From contig OY970358.1 in NCBI GenBank assembly GCA_963718575.1, positions 194,172 to 258,171 on the forward strand: a stretch of DNA of 64,000 nucleotides. The letters are read 5' to 3'. Shown piece after piece: positions 1-10,793 of this stretch. Numbering within the stretch: position 1 is the stretch's first letter; each line of letters starts with the position of its first letter. Position numbers and translations under genes: made by a program. The stretch is from an uncultured bacterium (GTDB lineage: Bacteria; Patescibacteriota; Minisyncoccia; UBA6257; 2-01-FULL-56-20). The notes under the pieces are model-generated. The model was not told the origin of the DNA, searched no databases, and saw only the letters and a list, made by a program, of their open reading frames with translations.

Positions 1-231
1 CGCTTTGCAATTCGGGCAGATGATCATCACTTTGGAAGCGGCGATCGGGCGCGAGACCGCAACGACCTGGCCTTTCTCTCCCTGCTTGCGCGGTTTGGAT
101 CGCTTTTTGAACACGTTCAATCCGTCGATCATGATGCGGCCCTCTTCCGGGTACGCGCGCAAAATCACCCCGGTCTTGCCCCGATCCTTGCCGGATAAAA
201 TCTTTACGTTGTCTCCTTTCTTGAGGTTCAT
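1..231 (-). CDS. rplX: 50S ribosomal protein L24 (runs off window edge)
   Basis: Manual translation MNLKKGDNVKILSGKDRGKTG (KOW motif); follows rplN. Confidence 0.95.
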   Translation of the reverse strand, partial: MNLKKGDNVKILSGKDRGKTGVILRAYPEEGRIMIDGLNVFKKRSKPRKQGEKGQVVAVSRPIAASKVMIICPNCKA

Positions 232-241
232 GAAAATAGTG

Positions 242-610
242 TTAAACGATTTCTTCCGCCATCGTCATTAATTTCTCGTTGCCCTTTTCCTTGAGCTCGC
301 GCGGGAGCGGACCGAAGATACGGGTCGCCACCGGCTCTTTTTTTGCATCGATCAACACGACCGCATTCTCGTCGAAGCGGACGTACGAACCGTCGCTGCG
401 GCGCAAGGCGCTCTTCGTGCGGACCACCATCACCTTCACCACGTCTTTCTTCTTCACCGTCTTGCGGGGTTCCGCGCTCTGCACGGAAGCGACGATGACA
501 TCGCCCACGCCGGCATAACGGTGATGGGTCCCGCCGAGGATGCGGAAACAACGCACCACCTTGGCACCGCTGTTATCCGCAACTTTTATGACTGATCGTT
601 CTTGTATCAT
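242..610 (-). CDS. rplN: 50S ribosomal protein L14
   Basis: MIQERSVIKVADNSGAK...RIFGPLPREL. Confidence 0.99.
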   Translation of the reverse strand: MIQERSVIKVADNSGAKVVRCFRILGGTHHRYAGVGDVIVASVQSAEPRKTVKKKDVVKVMVVRTKSALRRSDGSYVRFDENAVVLIDAKKEPVATRIFGPLPRELKEKGNEKLMTMAEEIV

Positions 611-620
611 AGCTCTATAA

Positions 621-881
621 TTATGCGATCTTGTTTATGATCCTCCAGCGCTTTTCGCGCGAGAGCGGGCGGGATTCCTCGATCGTGACCTTATCCCCCG
701 TCTTGTACTCGTTGTTCTCGTCGTGCGCTTTGAACTTGGTCGTTACCTTGTAGTACTTGAGGTACTTCGGATGCTTCTTCAGGCTCGCCACCGCAACCAC
801 GCGCGTCTTCGTCATCTTGTCAGAGACGACCACGCCGATGATCTTCCGGATCTTTTTAATTTGTTCTTGGTTATTTGGCAT
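621..881 (-). CDS. rpsQ: 30S ribosomal protein S17
   Basis: [11 protein letters not shown]...HDENN...[11 protein letters not shown]. Confidence 0.98.
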   Translation of the reverse strand: MPNNQEQIKKIRKIIGVVVSDKMTKTRVVAVASLKKHPKYLKYYKVTTKFKAHDENNEYKTGDKVTIEESRPLSREKRWRIINKIA

Positions 882-1080
882 TGTTTTGCATATGGATGAA
901 TGTCTTCGCGCGGGCGATCAGTTTGCGCGTGTGGTGAAGCTCGTTCACATTCTTCACTTTTCCGGCCGCCAGGTCAAATCGCAGTGCGCGCAATTTCTCT
1001 CCCGAATCCAAAACCAGGCGTTCCAATTCGCCGAGTGGCTTGTTCTTCAATTCCTGGATTTCTTTCTTTTTCATGGTCAT
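871..1080 (-). CDS. rpmC: 50S ribosomal protein L29
   Basis: ELK...[11 protein letters not shown]...RKLIARAKT; position between rplP and rpsQ. Confidence 0.93.
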   Translation of the reverse strand: MTMKKKEIQELKNKPLGELERLVLDSGEKLRALRFDLAAGKVKNVNELHHTRKLIARAKTFIHMQNNAK

Positions 1081-1090
1081 AATAGCAAAA

Positions 1091-1502
<412 letters not shown>

Positions 1503-1513
1503 GGTAGTGAGTA

Positions 1514-2233
1514 TTAATAGTTGCCAGATGATGGCTTACGGCGTGCGCGGCCGGCCTCTTCGTCTTCTTGTTTGGCGGTCTTTGCAAAAACCTCTCCTTT
1601 ATATATCCAAACGTGGATGCCGATTGTGCCATACGTTGTGTACGCAGTGGCGGTTGAATAATCAATATCAGCGCGGAGCGTCTGTAACGGCAAGGAACCT
1701 TTTGAAAGGTGCTCATTGCGCGCGATCTCGTTACCGTCAAGACGACCCTTCATGAGGATCTTTGCGCCCTTCACGTCGCGGTTCTGCAATATCTGCTCCA
1801 GATATTTCTTCATGGTGCGACGGAAGCGGATGCGCTTCTCCAAATCCCATGCGATTTGCTGTGCGGTATAGCGGGCGGAAACATCCGAGCGCTTCAGTTC
1901 CTCTACGTTCAAGCTGAGCGCAACCTTCGAGCGCGTCTTGCGTACCTTCATGAGCGCATCGACGACGGCCTTGTTGAGATCCTCCATACCCTTGCCTCCG
2001 CGGCCGATGATGAGTCCCGGGCGGGCGGCGCGGATGAACACGCGAAGATTTCCCTGCGTGCGCTCGATCTCGATCGCGGCGACGCCGGCGAGCGCGATCT
2101 TCTTGTTGATTGTATTGCGGATCGCTTCATCCTCCTCAAGGAACTTGGCATAGCCGCCCTTAAGGAACCAGCGCACCGGCCAGCCTTTCGAGACGCCCAA
2201 CCGATATGAATTTGGATTGATCTTTTGTCCCAT
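1514..2233 (-). CDS. rpsC: 30S ribosomal protein S3
   Basis: MGQKINP...[11 protein letters not shown]...[11 protein letters not shown]. Confidence 0.99.
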   Translation of the reverse strand: MGQKINPNSYRLGVSKGWPVRWFLKGGYAKFLEEDEAIRNTINKKIALAGVAAIEIERTQGNLRVFIRAARPGLIIGRGGKGMEDLNKAVVDALMKVRKTRSKVALSLNVEELKRSDVSARYTAQQIAWDLEKRIRFRRTMKKYLEQILQNRDVKGAKILMKGRLDGNEIARNEHLSKGSLPLQTLRADIDYSTATAYTTYGTIGIHVWIYKGEVFAKTAKQEDEEAGRARRKPSSGNY

Positions 2234-2238
2234 GGTGA

Positions 2239-2758
2239 TTATTTATCGCCGCTCTTACGGCCAAAATTTCTGCGCCAGAATCCCGGGTTCTGCTTCGATT
2301 CCGTGAGCGGTTTATCGCCCGGCGCTTTCGGCTTCTTGTTCTTTGAACGCACATCCTGGCCCGGCGGAAGTTTTGCCTTCTTCGGAGGCACGATCGTAAA
2401 GCGCGACTTCAAGTTCTCGTTGACGCCGAGCACCAACGTGACGTGGCTCATCTTCTTCTGGATCGGCGACGCACTGCCGCGCGCGCGCGGAAGCATGCGC
2501 TTCAACATCGGGCCGCCGTCAACGCGGACGCTCGATACAAAAAGATGCTGAGGATCTGCGTGTTTGTTATTTTTAGCATTCGCAACGGCCGAACGCAAGA
2601 GTTTCAAAAGCGGCTGCGAAGGGCGGCGGGTCGGTCACGATCAATTGCGCCTCGGCTTCGTTCACCGGCAATCCCTTGATGAGGTCTCCAACGCTGCGTA
2701 CCTTGCGGGGCGCCATGCGGAGGAAACTTATTTTTGCCGAGTATTCTTTGGATTCCAT
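2239..2758 (-). CDS. rplV: 50S ribosomal protein L22 with basic C-terminal extension (indel near 2630)
   Basis: RMAPRKVR and KLLRSAVANA...RARGSASPIQKKMSH in two frames. Confidence 0.95.
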
Positions 2759-2763
2759 GGATG

Positions 2764-3102
2764 TTATTTCTTAGCGGGCGCGGCCTTTGCGGCTGCAGCC
2801 TGGGTCTTAGCGGTCTCGGTAGCTTTGATCTCGAGTTCCTTCTGCATCTTGCCTCCGTGACGGATGAACTTCTTGGTCGGCGAGAATTCACCGAGACGAT
2901 GTCCTACCATTTCTTCCGTTACGCGCACTTCAACGTGCGTGCGGCCGTTATGGACGCCGAACACCTGCCCCACGAATTCCGGAGCGATCTCCGAAGCGCG
3001 CGACCACGTCTTGATGACCGTGCCGCTGCCGGACTTGGTATTCAAAACCTTCTTCATAAGTTTTGGATCGACGAACGGGCCTTTTTTGAGTGAACGTGAC
3101 AT
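2764..3102 (-). CDS. rpsS: 30S ribosomal protein S19
   Basis: [12 protein letters not shown]...HRLGEFSPT. Confidence 0.99.
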   Translation of the reverse strand: MSRSLKKGPFVDPKLMKKVLNTKSGSGTVIKTWSRASEIAPEFVGQVFGVHNGRTHVEVRVTEEMVGHRLGEFSPTKKFIRHGGKMQKELEIKATETAKTQAAAAKAAPAKK

Positions 3103-3119
3103 GATAGTGAATTTAAAGA

Positions 3120-3969
3120 CTATTTATTGTTGCGGTTACGCAAGCTGACGCGCCGCTTGACGATAAATTTGCTCGACTTGTTCTTCTTGTTGCGCGTCTT
3201 GTGACCGCCGGTGACCTTGCCCCACATGGTCTTCGGTTTTCGGGTGCCGCGCGGCTGTGCGCCTTCACCGCCTCCGTACGGATGATCAACCGGGTTCATA
3301 GCACTGCCGCGGACCGTCGGACGGATGCCCATCCAGCGCGAACGGCCGGCCTTGCCAAAGTTTACGAGCGACCATTCCGAGTTCGAAACCTGACCGAGCG
3401 ATGCAAGGCACGTCCAGAGGACGCGGCGGACCTCGCCCGAGTTGAGCTTGAGGTCGGTGTAGTTATCGGCATTGGCCAAGACTTCTGCATACGCACCGGC
3501 GGAGCGGGCGAGCTGTCCGCCGCGTCCCGGTGCCATTTCAATATTATAAACCTGCTGACCAACCGGAATGTTCTTGAGTTGCATGCGGTTTGCCGCCCTT
3601 GATCGGCGCCGCCTCCGCAGTCACGATCTCATCCCCTACCTTCAACTTTTCCGGCGCCAAAATGTATGTCTTCGTTCCGTCGGTGTATTTTACGAGCGCG
3701 ATGAACGCGGTGCGATACGGATCGTACTCGATCGTCTCGACGATCGCTTTGGAATTCAAACGGTCCTGTTTGAAGTCGATCACGCGATAGAGCTTCTTGT
3801 TGCCGCCGCCCTGATGGCGTACAGTGATGCGGCCTGCGGAGTTGCGGCCGGAATGCGTCTTCAAGCGAACCACGAGCGGCTTATAAGGACGCGCGCCCTT
3901 GGTCAGGGTGCTGTAGTCCGAAGACGTCATGTTGCGCCGCGAAGCGCTTGTTGGCTTGAAGGATTTCAT
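3120..3969 (-). CDS. rplB: 50S ribosomal protein L2 (indel near 3596)
   Basis: [45 protein letters not shown] across two frames. Confidence 0.96.
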
Positions 3970-3973
3970 GAAA

Positions 3974-4253
3974 TTAGTTCAGATCGATTTTTTGCCCCTC
4001 TTTAATAGTGACGATCGCCTTGCGATATCCTTCTTGGTCGCCCCTTGATGCCGCGGCCGGATTTCTTCATCTTGCCCGCGCGATTCACCATGTTCACACC
4101 AACCACGTCCACTTTATAGAGCGCATGGATAGCTTTCTTTACCTCCGGCTTCGTCGCAGCGGATTTTACCATAAAAACGTACTGATTGGAAGTGGTCAGC
4201 ATCGTTGCTTTCTCCGTGATCCAGGGTTTTTTGATGAGAAGATGGTCGGTCAT
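3974..4253 (-). CDS. rplW: 50S ribosomal protein L23 (indel near 4040)
   Basis: IKKPWITEKA...ATKPEVKKAI; end YRKAIVTIKEGQKIDLN* in shifted frame. Confidence 0.93.
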
Positions 4254-4260
4254 GGCGGTA

Positions 4261-4907
4261 TTATATCTTGTAATGCTTTTCGATCGCTTCCGACGGCGCT
4301 CTTGTCGATAAAGAGGTTCTTGTGGTTCATGATGTCGTAAATATTGAGCGAGCCGGCCTCGATCGTCTTTGTTTTCTGGAGGTTGCTCGTCGCGCGGAAC
4401 AAGATTCTTGTTCGCGTTATCCGACACCAAAAGCACATCAAAGCGCTTATCGCCCTTCTTTGGCGACAAGACCATCTTCAACGCCGACGCAACAGTCTTC
4501 GTCTTTGGCGTCTCGACAACAAGCGTGTCGAAGATCTTCACCTCGCCATCTTTTATCTTTTTGGAAAGCACGGAAAAGAGCGCGACGCGCTTCATCTTCT
4601 TGTTCACCTTCTGCGAATAGTCCTTGTCATTGCGGGGTCCATGCGCTTTTCCGCCGCCTACCCAGATCGGAGAGCGGGTGGAACCGTGACGAGCGCGGCC
4701 CGTTCCCTTCTGCCGCCACGGCTTCTTGCCGCCGCCGCGCACTTCGCTGCGATCCATCACGTGCGCCCACGGCTGGCGCGCATTTGCGAGCTGAGCTTCC
4801 AACACCTGCTGAACGAGTGTCGCATTCCACTTCGTACCAAAAACCGTCGCGGGCAATTCCACCGTTCCCACCACTTCGTTCTTTAAATTGTAGACGTCGG
4901 CTTTCAT
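4261..4907 (-). CDS. rplD: 50S ribosomal protein L4 (indels near 4400 and 4290; the L4-L23 fusion in the ORF track is an artefact)
   Basis: RSEVRGGGKKPWRQKGTGRARHGS; C-terminus RATSNL...LNIYDIMNH...IEKHYKI* recovered by frame switching. Confidence 0.95.
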
Positions 4908-4912
4908 GGAAG

Positions 4913-5476
4913 TTATTTGGAAGATGAAATTTCGATCAATCCGCCGCGGCCGCCCGGAACGGCGCCCTTAAGGAAAAGCAAATTGTTTTCTTTATCGATT
5001 GCGGCAACGACGAGGTTCTTGATCGTGACGCGGTCAACACCCATGTGTCCTGCCATGCGGCGGCCCGGGACGACGCGCTGGAAAGCGGTCGAGCCGATGG
5101 AGCCCGGCGCGCGGTGACGATTCTTCTGACCGTGGGTTTTAGGACCGCCGCGGAAGTTGTAGCGCTTGACGACGCCCTGGAAACCGCGACCCTTCGTGAT
5201 GCCGCTCACGCGCACCTTGTCGCCTTCTACAAACGAATCAACGCCGACCAAATCATCAATTTTTAACGTAGAAATATCCACCTTCTGATTGGGGCGGTTC
5301 TTGAACTCGCGCTTCTTCTTGCCCAACGTCAATTGGACGGCCTCATAGCCGTCGCGCTCTGCGGTGCGCACGATGGAAACCTTGTTCGGTTCCGCCTGGA
5401 CGACCGTAACCGGAAAGACTTTTCCGTCCTTCCAAATCTGCGTCATTTTAAGTTTTTTGCCTAAGATATATGACAT
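4913..5476 (-). CDS. rplC: 50S ribosomal protein L3
   Basis: MSYILGKKLKMTQ...KGRGFQGVVKR...HRAPGSIG. Confidence 0.98.
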   Translation of the reverse strand: MSYILGKKLKMTQIWKDGKVFPVTVVQAEPNKVSIVRTAERDGYEAVQLTLGKKKREFKNRPNQKVDISTLKIDDLVGVDSFVEGDKVRVSGITKGRGFQGVVKRYNFRGGPKTHGQKNRHRAPGSIGSTAFQRVVPGRRMAGHMGVDRVTIKNLVVAAIDKENNLLFLKGAVPGGRGGLIEISSSK

Positions 5477-5487
5477 TTTCTTGATCG

Positions 5488-5565
5488 TTTCCGAGTGAAG
5501 TACTATCTCCCTCACTACCGCGTAGGAACGCTCAAACGTTCGGGACACAGTACTTCACTCGGAAA
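5488..5565. repeat. Long REP-like hairpin immediately upstream of rplC
   Basis: Arms TTTCCGAGTGAAGTACT.../...AGTACTTCACTCGGAAA; inner GCGT-AGGA-ACGC hairpin. Confidence 0.8.
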
Positions 5566-5765
5566 ATCCAGTAATAAATTATTAAACTCCGGTTCTGACA
5601 CCGGAGTTTTTAGCACAATCAACCGACCTACCCCGCTTTTAGACGGGATCCAGAGAAAACGGCGACCGTTTTTCTGCGCCTGGCCCGCGAACACGTTTCG
5701 CGTTCATAGCCGAGGCATAAGGGGTAAATATTTGCATAAAAACTACCGAGCAAACCTTGATGACG

Positions 5766-5793
5766 ATTATAGCAAAGCGGGCGGTAAAGTCAA
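5766..5793 (-). promoter_or_regulatory. Probable sigma70 promoter for the rplC operon, implying a ~285-nt leader
   Basis: TTGACT-N16-TATAAT with TGn extension on the minus strand. Confidence 0.65.
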
Positions 5794-5804
5794 ATGGGGT
5801 CTCT

Positions 5805-5922
5805 GCCTCCTGGCTTCGCATACCCTTTTGAGGGACGGGTTCCGCGCTGCTGCGCGGCCCCTTACGCTCGCCGCCTTCGCGGCTCCGCGATACCCTCAAA
5901 AGGGTATGCGAAGCCAGGAGGC
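5805..5922. repeat. REP/MITE-like element with 30-bp perfect inverted arms
   Basis: GCCTCCTGGCTTCGCATACCCTTTTGAGGG and its exact reverse complement flank a GC-rich core related to 51345-51459. Confidence 0.85.
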
Positions 5923-5959
5923 CAAAATCACCGTTTGGCGTATGCGCCCGCTATGAAAA

Positions 5960-6403
5960 TTATTTTAGATGCTTTTCGAAATAAGCTCTATATCTTTCAA
6001 AAGTATAAGCAAAACCGCCATGAAGTGGCTGTGGTAATTTGTCTATTTTATACCATCCTAGCTCCTCGATTTTTTCCGGTTCTCCGTTCTTAACCTCCGC
6101 AGGGTCAACAAGTATGAAAAATGGCACGGCGATCCAATGGGTTTTGACGCCGTCTTGATCGCGAAAAATATCATGCGCTGGCAATTGTTCCTGAACAACT
6201 CCCTTACAGCCGTACTCCTCCATAACTTCTTTTAAAACGTTTTCCTCCAATGAAATTTCAAATTCCATTTTCCCCGAACCGGTATCCCATCGGCCATGTT
6301 CATCTCTGCACTTTATTGTTCGTTTGTGCATCAGAAGATTCCCCTTTCCGTCATGACAATAAAACGGGGTGGTAACTCCAATAAAATCAAAGCCGATTTT
6401 CAT
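5960..6403 (-). CDS. NUDIX hydrolase
   Basis: GKMEFEISLEENVLKEVMEEYG Nudix box; NGEPEKIEELGW. Confidence 0.85.
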   Translation of the reverse strand: MKIGFDFIGVTTPFYCHDGKGNLLMHKRTIKCRDEHGRWDTGSGKMEFEISLEENVLKEVMEEYGCKGVVQEQLPAHDIFRDQDGVKTHWIAVPFFILVDPAEVKNGEPEKIEELGWYKIDKLPQPLHGGFAYTFERYRAYFEKHLK

Positions 6404-6462
6404 ATGCATAGTTTATGATGGGAATTATGTACAGGCTAATAGAATTTGTGCCAATCTTGCAG

Positions 6463-7095
6463 TTAAAACAGATATCGCCCCGAAGCCCAGCCTCGCTTTC
6501 CGGGCGGCGCAATGGCTTTTACTGCGTTGCCATCTATATATAACTCATCCTGGACAATTTCGCCTTTTCGAATAGCTTCTTCCCATGCCTGAGTTGGTTC
6601 TTTACCCCACGGAAGCCATGGCGTCAGGTCGTCCATAATAATAACGGTGTCAGGGCGAGCAAGCGCTTTCATATTATCAATATCTGCTTTTACGATTTCG
6701 TACTCGTGACCGCCATCAATAAAGATGAGGTCGAATTTTTGATCGGGATTCTGCGCTGAAAATTCTGGCACTGTTTTTGTCGAATCGCCAAGAATGAGTT
6801 TGTGCCTTCCGGGAAATTTGCGATTAATAATTTGCTTTGCGCCGGAAACGAATGAATGCGTTCCGATATCGAATGAAACTACCGCTATATCCTTCCGCGC
6901 TTTAAGAAATGCATACGAAGAAAATCCAAGGTGAAAACCAATTTCTGCGATGCTTTTTACATTCGGCCGCTTTGCTGTTTTATAAAGATATTGTAATTCC
7001 TGCGGAGAAGAAGCTCCTTCATTGATTTTATAACCACGCAATCGAAGCTCCCCATAGATCAGTCCTTGCGCGATATTAAATCGAAACGAGTTCAT
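6463..7095 (-). CDS. Class I SAM-dependent methyltransferase (Methyltransf_24-like)
   Basis: EIGFHLGFSS, GDS, FDLIFIDGGH, IMDD. Confidence 0.88.
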   Translation of the reverse strand: MNSFRFNIAQGLIYGELRLRGYKINEGASSPQELQYLYKTAKRPNVKSIAEIGFHLGFSSYAFLKARKDIAVVSFDIGTHSFVSGAKQIINRKFPGRHKLILGDSTKTVPEFSAQNPDQKFDLIFIDGGHEYEIVKADIDNMKALARPDTVIIMDDLTPWLPWGKEPTQAWEEAIRKGEIVQDELYIDGNAVKAIAPPGKRGWASGRYLF

Positions 7096-7103
7096 TTATC
7101 GGA

Positions 7104-7661
7104 TTATTCGAGTATTATTTTAAGTAATTCCGGAAATTCCTCCGTTCGCACTTCGTCGTCTCCGGCATAGTGTCCCCTTCCTTTCAATTCGATGATTGTC
7201 CCGCCCAGGGCATCGTGAAACATTTTCAAACTTTTTTTGCCATTCTCCGCTTCGTTGTCGGCGGTGAACATGACGATGTTATTTACCCGCGATTTAATCG
7301 TTTCATCTATCGCATAATTATAAAACTTTATCTTCTCCTTGCTGCTCGTGCCGATCTTCCACGGGGCGACAAGAATAAGCTTATCGATTTTTCTCTTTGA
7401 ATCGCCAAGCCAACGGACGAGAAACGCGCATCCGCAGCTGTGCCCGATCAGCGTCGTCTCCTCGTTTATTTCTTTCTTTTCAAATTCCGATTTCCACTTC
7501 TCATAGCTCGGTACCCAAGACTCTGGCATTTGGGGTGTTGTGGCTGGTATGCCATGGGCAATCAATGTTTTTTGAATCCACGAGATCCAGTGTCTATCGT
7601 CTGGTTTTATATTCTCCTGCGGACCAGAGGAACATCCGTGGATAATGATTGCGTTTTTCAT
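7104..7661 (-). CDS. RBBP9/YdeN-family alpha/beta hydrolase
   Basis: IIIHG...GHSCG...LILVAP...GRGH. Confidence 0.85.
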   Translation of the reverse strand: MKNAIIIHGCSSGPQENIKPDDRHWISWIQKTLIAHGIPATTPQMPESWVPSYEKWKSEFEKKEINEETTLIGHSCGCAFLVRWLGDSKRKIDKLILVAPWKIGTSSKEKIKFYNYAIDETIKSRVNNIVMFTADNEAENGKKSLKMFHDALGGTIIELKGRGHYAGDDEVRTEEFPELLKIILE

Positions 7662-7668
7662 CTCGCTT

Positions 7669-8208
7669 CTACTTCCGCACCTCGATCCCGCCGAACACGG
7701 CGTCGCCGTGGATGACGAGCGTGACCGCGCCGTCGCCGCCTTGAGCGTTGCTTGTGTCCACGCCACCGAGGAAGACGTTCGCGGTGGAGACCACTTTCCA
7801 ATCCTTGGGGATGGTGATCTGGATGCCGCTGAATATTGATGAGACTTCGAGGTGGATCTCGCTGCCGTCAACCTTGACCTGGGTGAGGTCGATCTCGCCG
7901 CCGGAGAAGACCATGACGATCTTCCCTCCTTTAAAGTGCTCGGTAGCGTAGGAACGGTTCAGCGCGCTGAAAATGGCAACTTCGTCGATGGTGCGTTCGC
8001 CGGATGCGGGCGCTGCTGTGCCGTGGTCGTGACCATGATCGTGGTGATGATCATCCCAGTGCCAGCCGTCAGCCACCGAACGGCGCGCGATCATGCGAAC
8101 GCCGATCGCAATGAGGACGAGAGCAAAGAGAAAGCCGAAAAACGGGATGCCAGTGAGAGCGCTGATACCGATGAGTATTAAGATGATGCCAACGATGAGT
8201 CCTCCCAT
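7669..8208 (-). CDS. LiaF-like cell-envelope stress membrane protein
   Basis: Two N-terminal TM helices; FKGGKIVMVFSGGEIDL...FGGIEVR. Confidence 0.75.
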   Translation of the reverse strand: MGGLIVGIILILIGISALTGIPFFGFLFALVLIAIGVRMIARRSVADGWHWDDHHHDHGHDHGTAAPASGERTIDEVAIFSALNRSYATEHFKGGKIVMVFSGGEIDLTQVKVDGSEIHLEVSSIFSGIQITIPKDWKVVSTANVFLGGVDTSNAQGGDGAVTLVIHGDAVFGGIEVRK

Positions 8209-8224
8209 GGTTTTTGTTACGAGT

Positions 8225-8830
8225 TTAATATTGCGTGTGCGTGTTTTGGATCGCGGCCATGACGGTGGGCGAAAGCGAGCTCACGACCGGCGAATTGGTT
8301 TTGACGAGGCCGTAGAGGATGACGGCGACGAGGAACGCGACCGCGAGAAGGAACACGATGAATCGCGCAAACCAGTGGCGGCCGAGCACGATGCTCGCGC
8401 CCCACAAGATGAGCAAGATCGGCCAGAACGGCGCGATCGCCAGCCAGAAACCGTGCGAGACGAAGCCCATCGTATAGAGCAATCCAACGACGCCCACAAA
8501 AAGCACGATCATCCCAAAGAACAGGCCGCCCTCGTGATGATGATCGCGGCGCCAGTCTTCGCGCTGCATCCGGCGCTCGGCGCGCTGTTGATCCCGTTGC
8601 TCGTGATGATGCTGCTTCCACCCATCCTTGCGCGCACGCCAGTCTTCTTTGGTCTCTGATTTGGCATCGGACGCGGTCTTCCTCCAATCCGCGCCGCCAT
8701 GCTCCCCTGACGTATTTACGTCCATGCCAAAAACCTGCACATGTGGGCGCGGGCCACCCTGCCCGACTTCTTGCTTGGCCTCGACTTCACTGGCGTTATT
8801 TTCCTGCTCCTGCTTGTTTTCTTCATCCAT
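8225..8830 (-). CDS. LiaI/LiaF-TM (DUF5668-like) membrane protein
   Basis: GLFFGMIVLFVG...FWPILLILWG. Confidence 0.65.
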   Translation of the reverse strand: MDEENKQEQENNASEVEAKQEVGQGGPRPHVQVFGMDVNTSGEHGGADWRKTASDAKSETKEDWRARKDGWKQHHHEQRDQQRAERRMQREDWRRDHHHEGGLFFGMIVLFVGVVGLLYTMGFVSHGFWLAIAPFWPILLILWGASIVLGRHWFARFIVFLLAVAFLVAVILYGLVKTNSPVVSSLSPTVMAAIQNTHTQY

Positions 8831-8851
8831 AAAACCATTATAGCACGAACT

Positions 8852-9232
8852 CTAGACGCGCTCCTCTAGAGTATTCACGCGTTCGTTCATCCCCTCAATT
8901 AATATTTTAAGCGAGCCGTATCCTTCCAACGTAAAATCAAATTTTGAATCTAATTTTTCGAGCAAGAGGCCGGTCTTTTTATTTGATTCTTCGAAACGAT
9001 CTATCCTCTTTTCAAAAAGATTCATCCGTTCATCTAACCTCTCTGCCACTGAATCCATTTTGCCGGCAATAAGAAGCATTCTTCCATCCACTCCGTTCTT
9101 TAAATGGTCAAACTTATCATCAAACGCAATAACAAGCCCGTCCATCTTCTTATCGATGGCCCCCACCTTGCCCTCAAGGGTTTCAACCCTCTTATCCAGA
9201 TTTTTTAAAAGAATATTTTCCTTTTCAAGCAT
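8852..9232 (-). CDS. Small coiled-coil protein
   Basis: Heptad pattern, ends RVNTLEERV; similar to 19197 and 55026. Confidence 0.7.
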   Translation of the reverse strand: MLEKENILLKNLDKRVETLEGKVGAIDKKMDGLVIAFDDKFDHLKNGVDGRMLLIAGKMDSVAERLDERMNLFEKRIDRFEESNKKTGLLLEKLDSKFDFTLEGYGSLKILIEGMNERVNTLEERV

Positions 9233-9296
9233 GCACTTATTTTAGAAGCGCAAGAGAATAAGTCAAAAACTTTTTAAGAAATTTTTAATGTTTAGT

Positions 9297-10304
9297 TTAC
9301 GGCAGCAGCTGCTTTATCTCCTCTGCATTCAGCGTGTATGCCCGCACGAACGAATCGTCAACGTGCGCATAGAGAACGCCGCTCCCGTTTCCTTGCTCCA
9401 CAAACTGGCTGGCAAATGTGATCGTTCGCGCTTCGCTATCCTGGATGAACGGCTCGGGCGAGACCCAATCGATCGTGCCATTCTCGTAGTCGTAAATAAA
9501 CAATCCGACCGAAAAAATACCGTATTTTATTTTGCCATCCACGCGCTGGTTCGCTTCGCGGCCGTTGATAACGCCCAATAGCTTCCCTTGGCCAACATCA
9601 ATAAAATTTTTCGGAAAGAGCGGACCGGGTGATGCGTGCCCGCCGATCCACGAAATATTCTGCTCTGCCGGATGGAACACCGTCTCGCCAAACTTCCATG
9701 CCGCACCCATATCTTCCGTAATGGCGACACGCACCGTGGAATAAGTGAAATCTTCTCCCGTCGCCGACGACTCGATCAAATTATAATGAACGCCATGTTT
9801 ATTCGTCGGCGCAATGGAAACTTCCTTAGCGCCGCCCGTGCCAACATCCATCAGAACCGGCATCGTCATCTCCAACGAATCCAGATCTTTGCCGACGGCA
9901 TGGCCAAGATGGATGAGCATTCCATGCTTTCCAATATTATGAAACGGCATCGTAAAGTAGAGATGCGTCAATCCGACCTTCTCATCAATCCAAATGTCCG
10001 GGTCTTCAAGGCCGAGAAAATCGAGCGTTTCACCCGCTAATTGCGCAACTATCTCTTCCTGATTTTTTATCATTAAGCGCTCCCCGATTGAAAAACGATC
10101 GAGCGAATCTCCGCGAACCTTATGCAACACGCTCCGATCAATATACCCAGACGTCGCCACATCGCCCGAACGATTTGTGATGCACCGAATGACGCCTTCT
10201 TTATATCCCGAACGCGGGTCGAGCGAGATTGCCATCACATGCTCAAACTTTCCATTCGTCTCCACGGCCTTCCCCGGATGCTCAATATATCCTTTCATCC
10301 TCAT
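9297..10304 (-). CDS. Beta-propeller glycosidase/phosphorylase-like (GH130-like) protein
   Basis: GLEDPDI motif; ITFASQFV...LYAHVDD. Confidence 0.55.
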   Translation of the reverse strand: MRMKGYIEHPGKAVETNGKFEHVMAISLDPRSGYKEGVIRCITNRSGDVATSGYIDRSVLHKVRGDSLDRFSIGERLMIKNQEEIVAQLAGETLDFLGLEDPDIWIDEKVGLTHLYFTMPFHNIGKHGMLIHLGHAVGKDLDSLEMTMPVLMDVGTGGAKEVSIAPTNKHGVHYNLIESSATGEDFTYSTVRVAITEDMGAAWKFGETVFHPAEQNISWIGGHASPGPLFPKNFIDVGQGKLLGVINGREANQRVDGKIKYGIFSVGLFIYDYENGTIDWVSPEPFIQDSEARTITFASQFVEQGNGSGVLYAHVDDSFVRAYTLNAEEIKQLLP

Positions 10305-10331
10305 TTCTTTATTATAATCTCGTCTAAAACA

Positions 10332-10360
10332 AAAAGCCCCGCTTTCGCGGGGCTTTTTGT
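10332..10360 (-). terminator. Intrinsic terminator of rpsJ
   Basis: AAAAGCCCCGC-TTTC-GCGGGGCTTTT. Confidence 0.8.
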
Positions 10361-10361
10361 T

Positions 10362-10685
10362 TTAGACCATCTTGATCTCAATATCAACGCCGGCGGGAAG
10401 GTTCAAGTTCGAAAGGGATTCAATGATCTTCTGACTGGGGTTTAATATCTCTACAAGGCGCTTATGAATGCGGAGCTCGAACTGTTCGCGGGCATCCTTA
10501 TGGACGAAGGTCGAACGGTTGACAGTGTAGTGCTTCACTTCCGTGGGAAGCGGGATAGGACCCGTCACCTTGGCATCGTTCCGCTCGGCGGCCTCGATGA
10601 TCTGGCGTGCCGAGTTGTCGATCAGTTTATGATCGTACGACTTGATGCGAAGGCGCAACTTTTGTGGAGTATCTGTCTTTGCCAT
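10362..10685 (-). CDS. rpsJ: 30S ribosomal protein S10 (monocistronic)
   Basis: [15 protein letters not shown]...GPIPLPT...[11 protein letters not shown]; own TTGACA-N16-TATACT promoter. Confidence 0.98.
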   Translation of the reverse strand: MAKTDTPQKLRLRIKSYDHKLIDNSARQIIEAAERNDAKVTGPIPLPTEVKHYTVNRSTFVHKDAREQFELRIHKRLVEILNPSQKIIESLSNLNLPAGVDIEIKMV

Positions 10686-10793
10686 TTGAGTACCAAGGGA
10701 GTATAGCAAATCCGGCAGAAGTGTCAACAAGTGCGATAGGTAATAGTGCAAATGACTTTAGATAGTTTTAATGCATGATTCTATACAATGCCT

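Noticed and set aside
4002-4907. Apparent L4-L23 fusion ORF
   Set aside because: Produced by indels; separate stop (4261) and start (4253) are recoverable.
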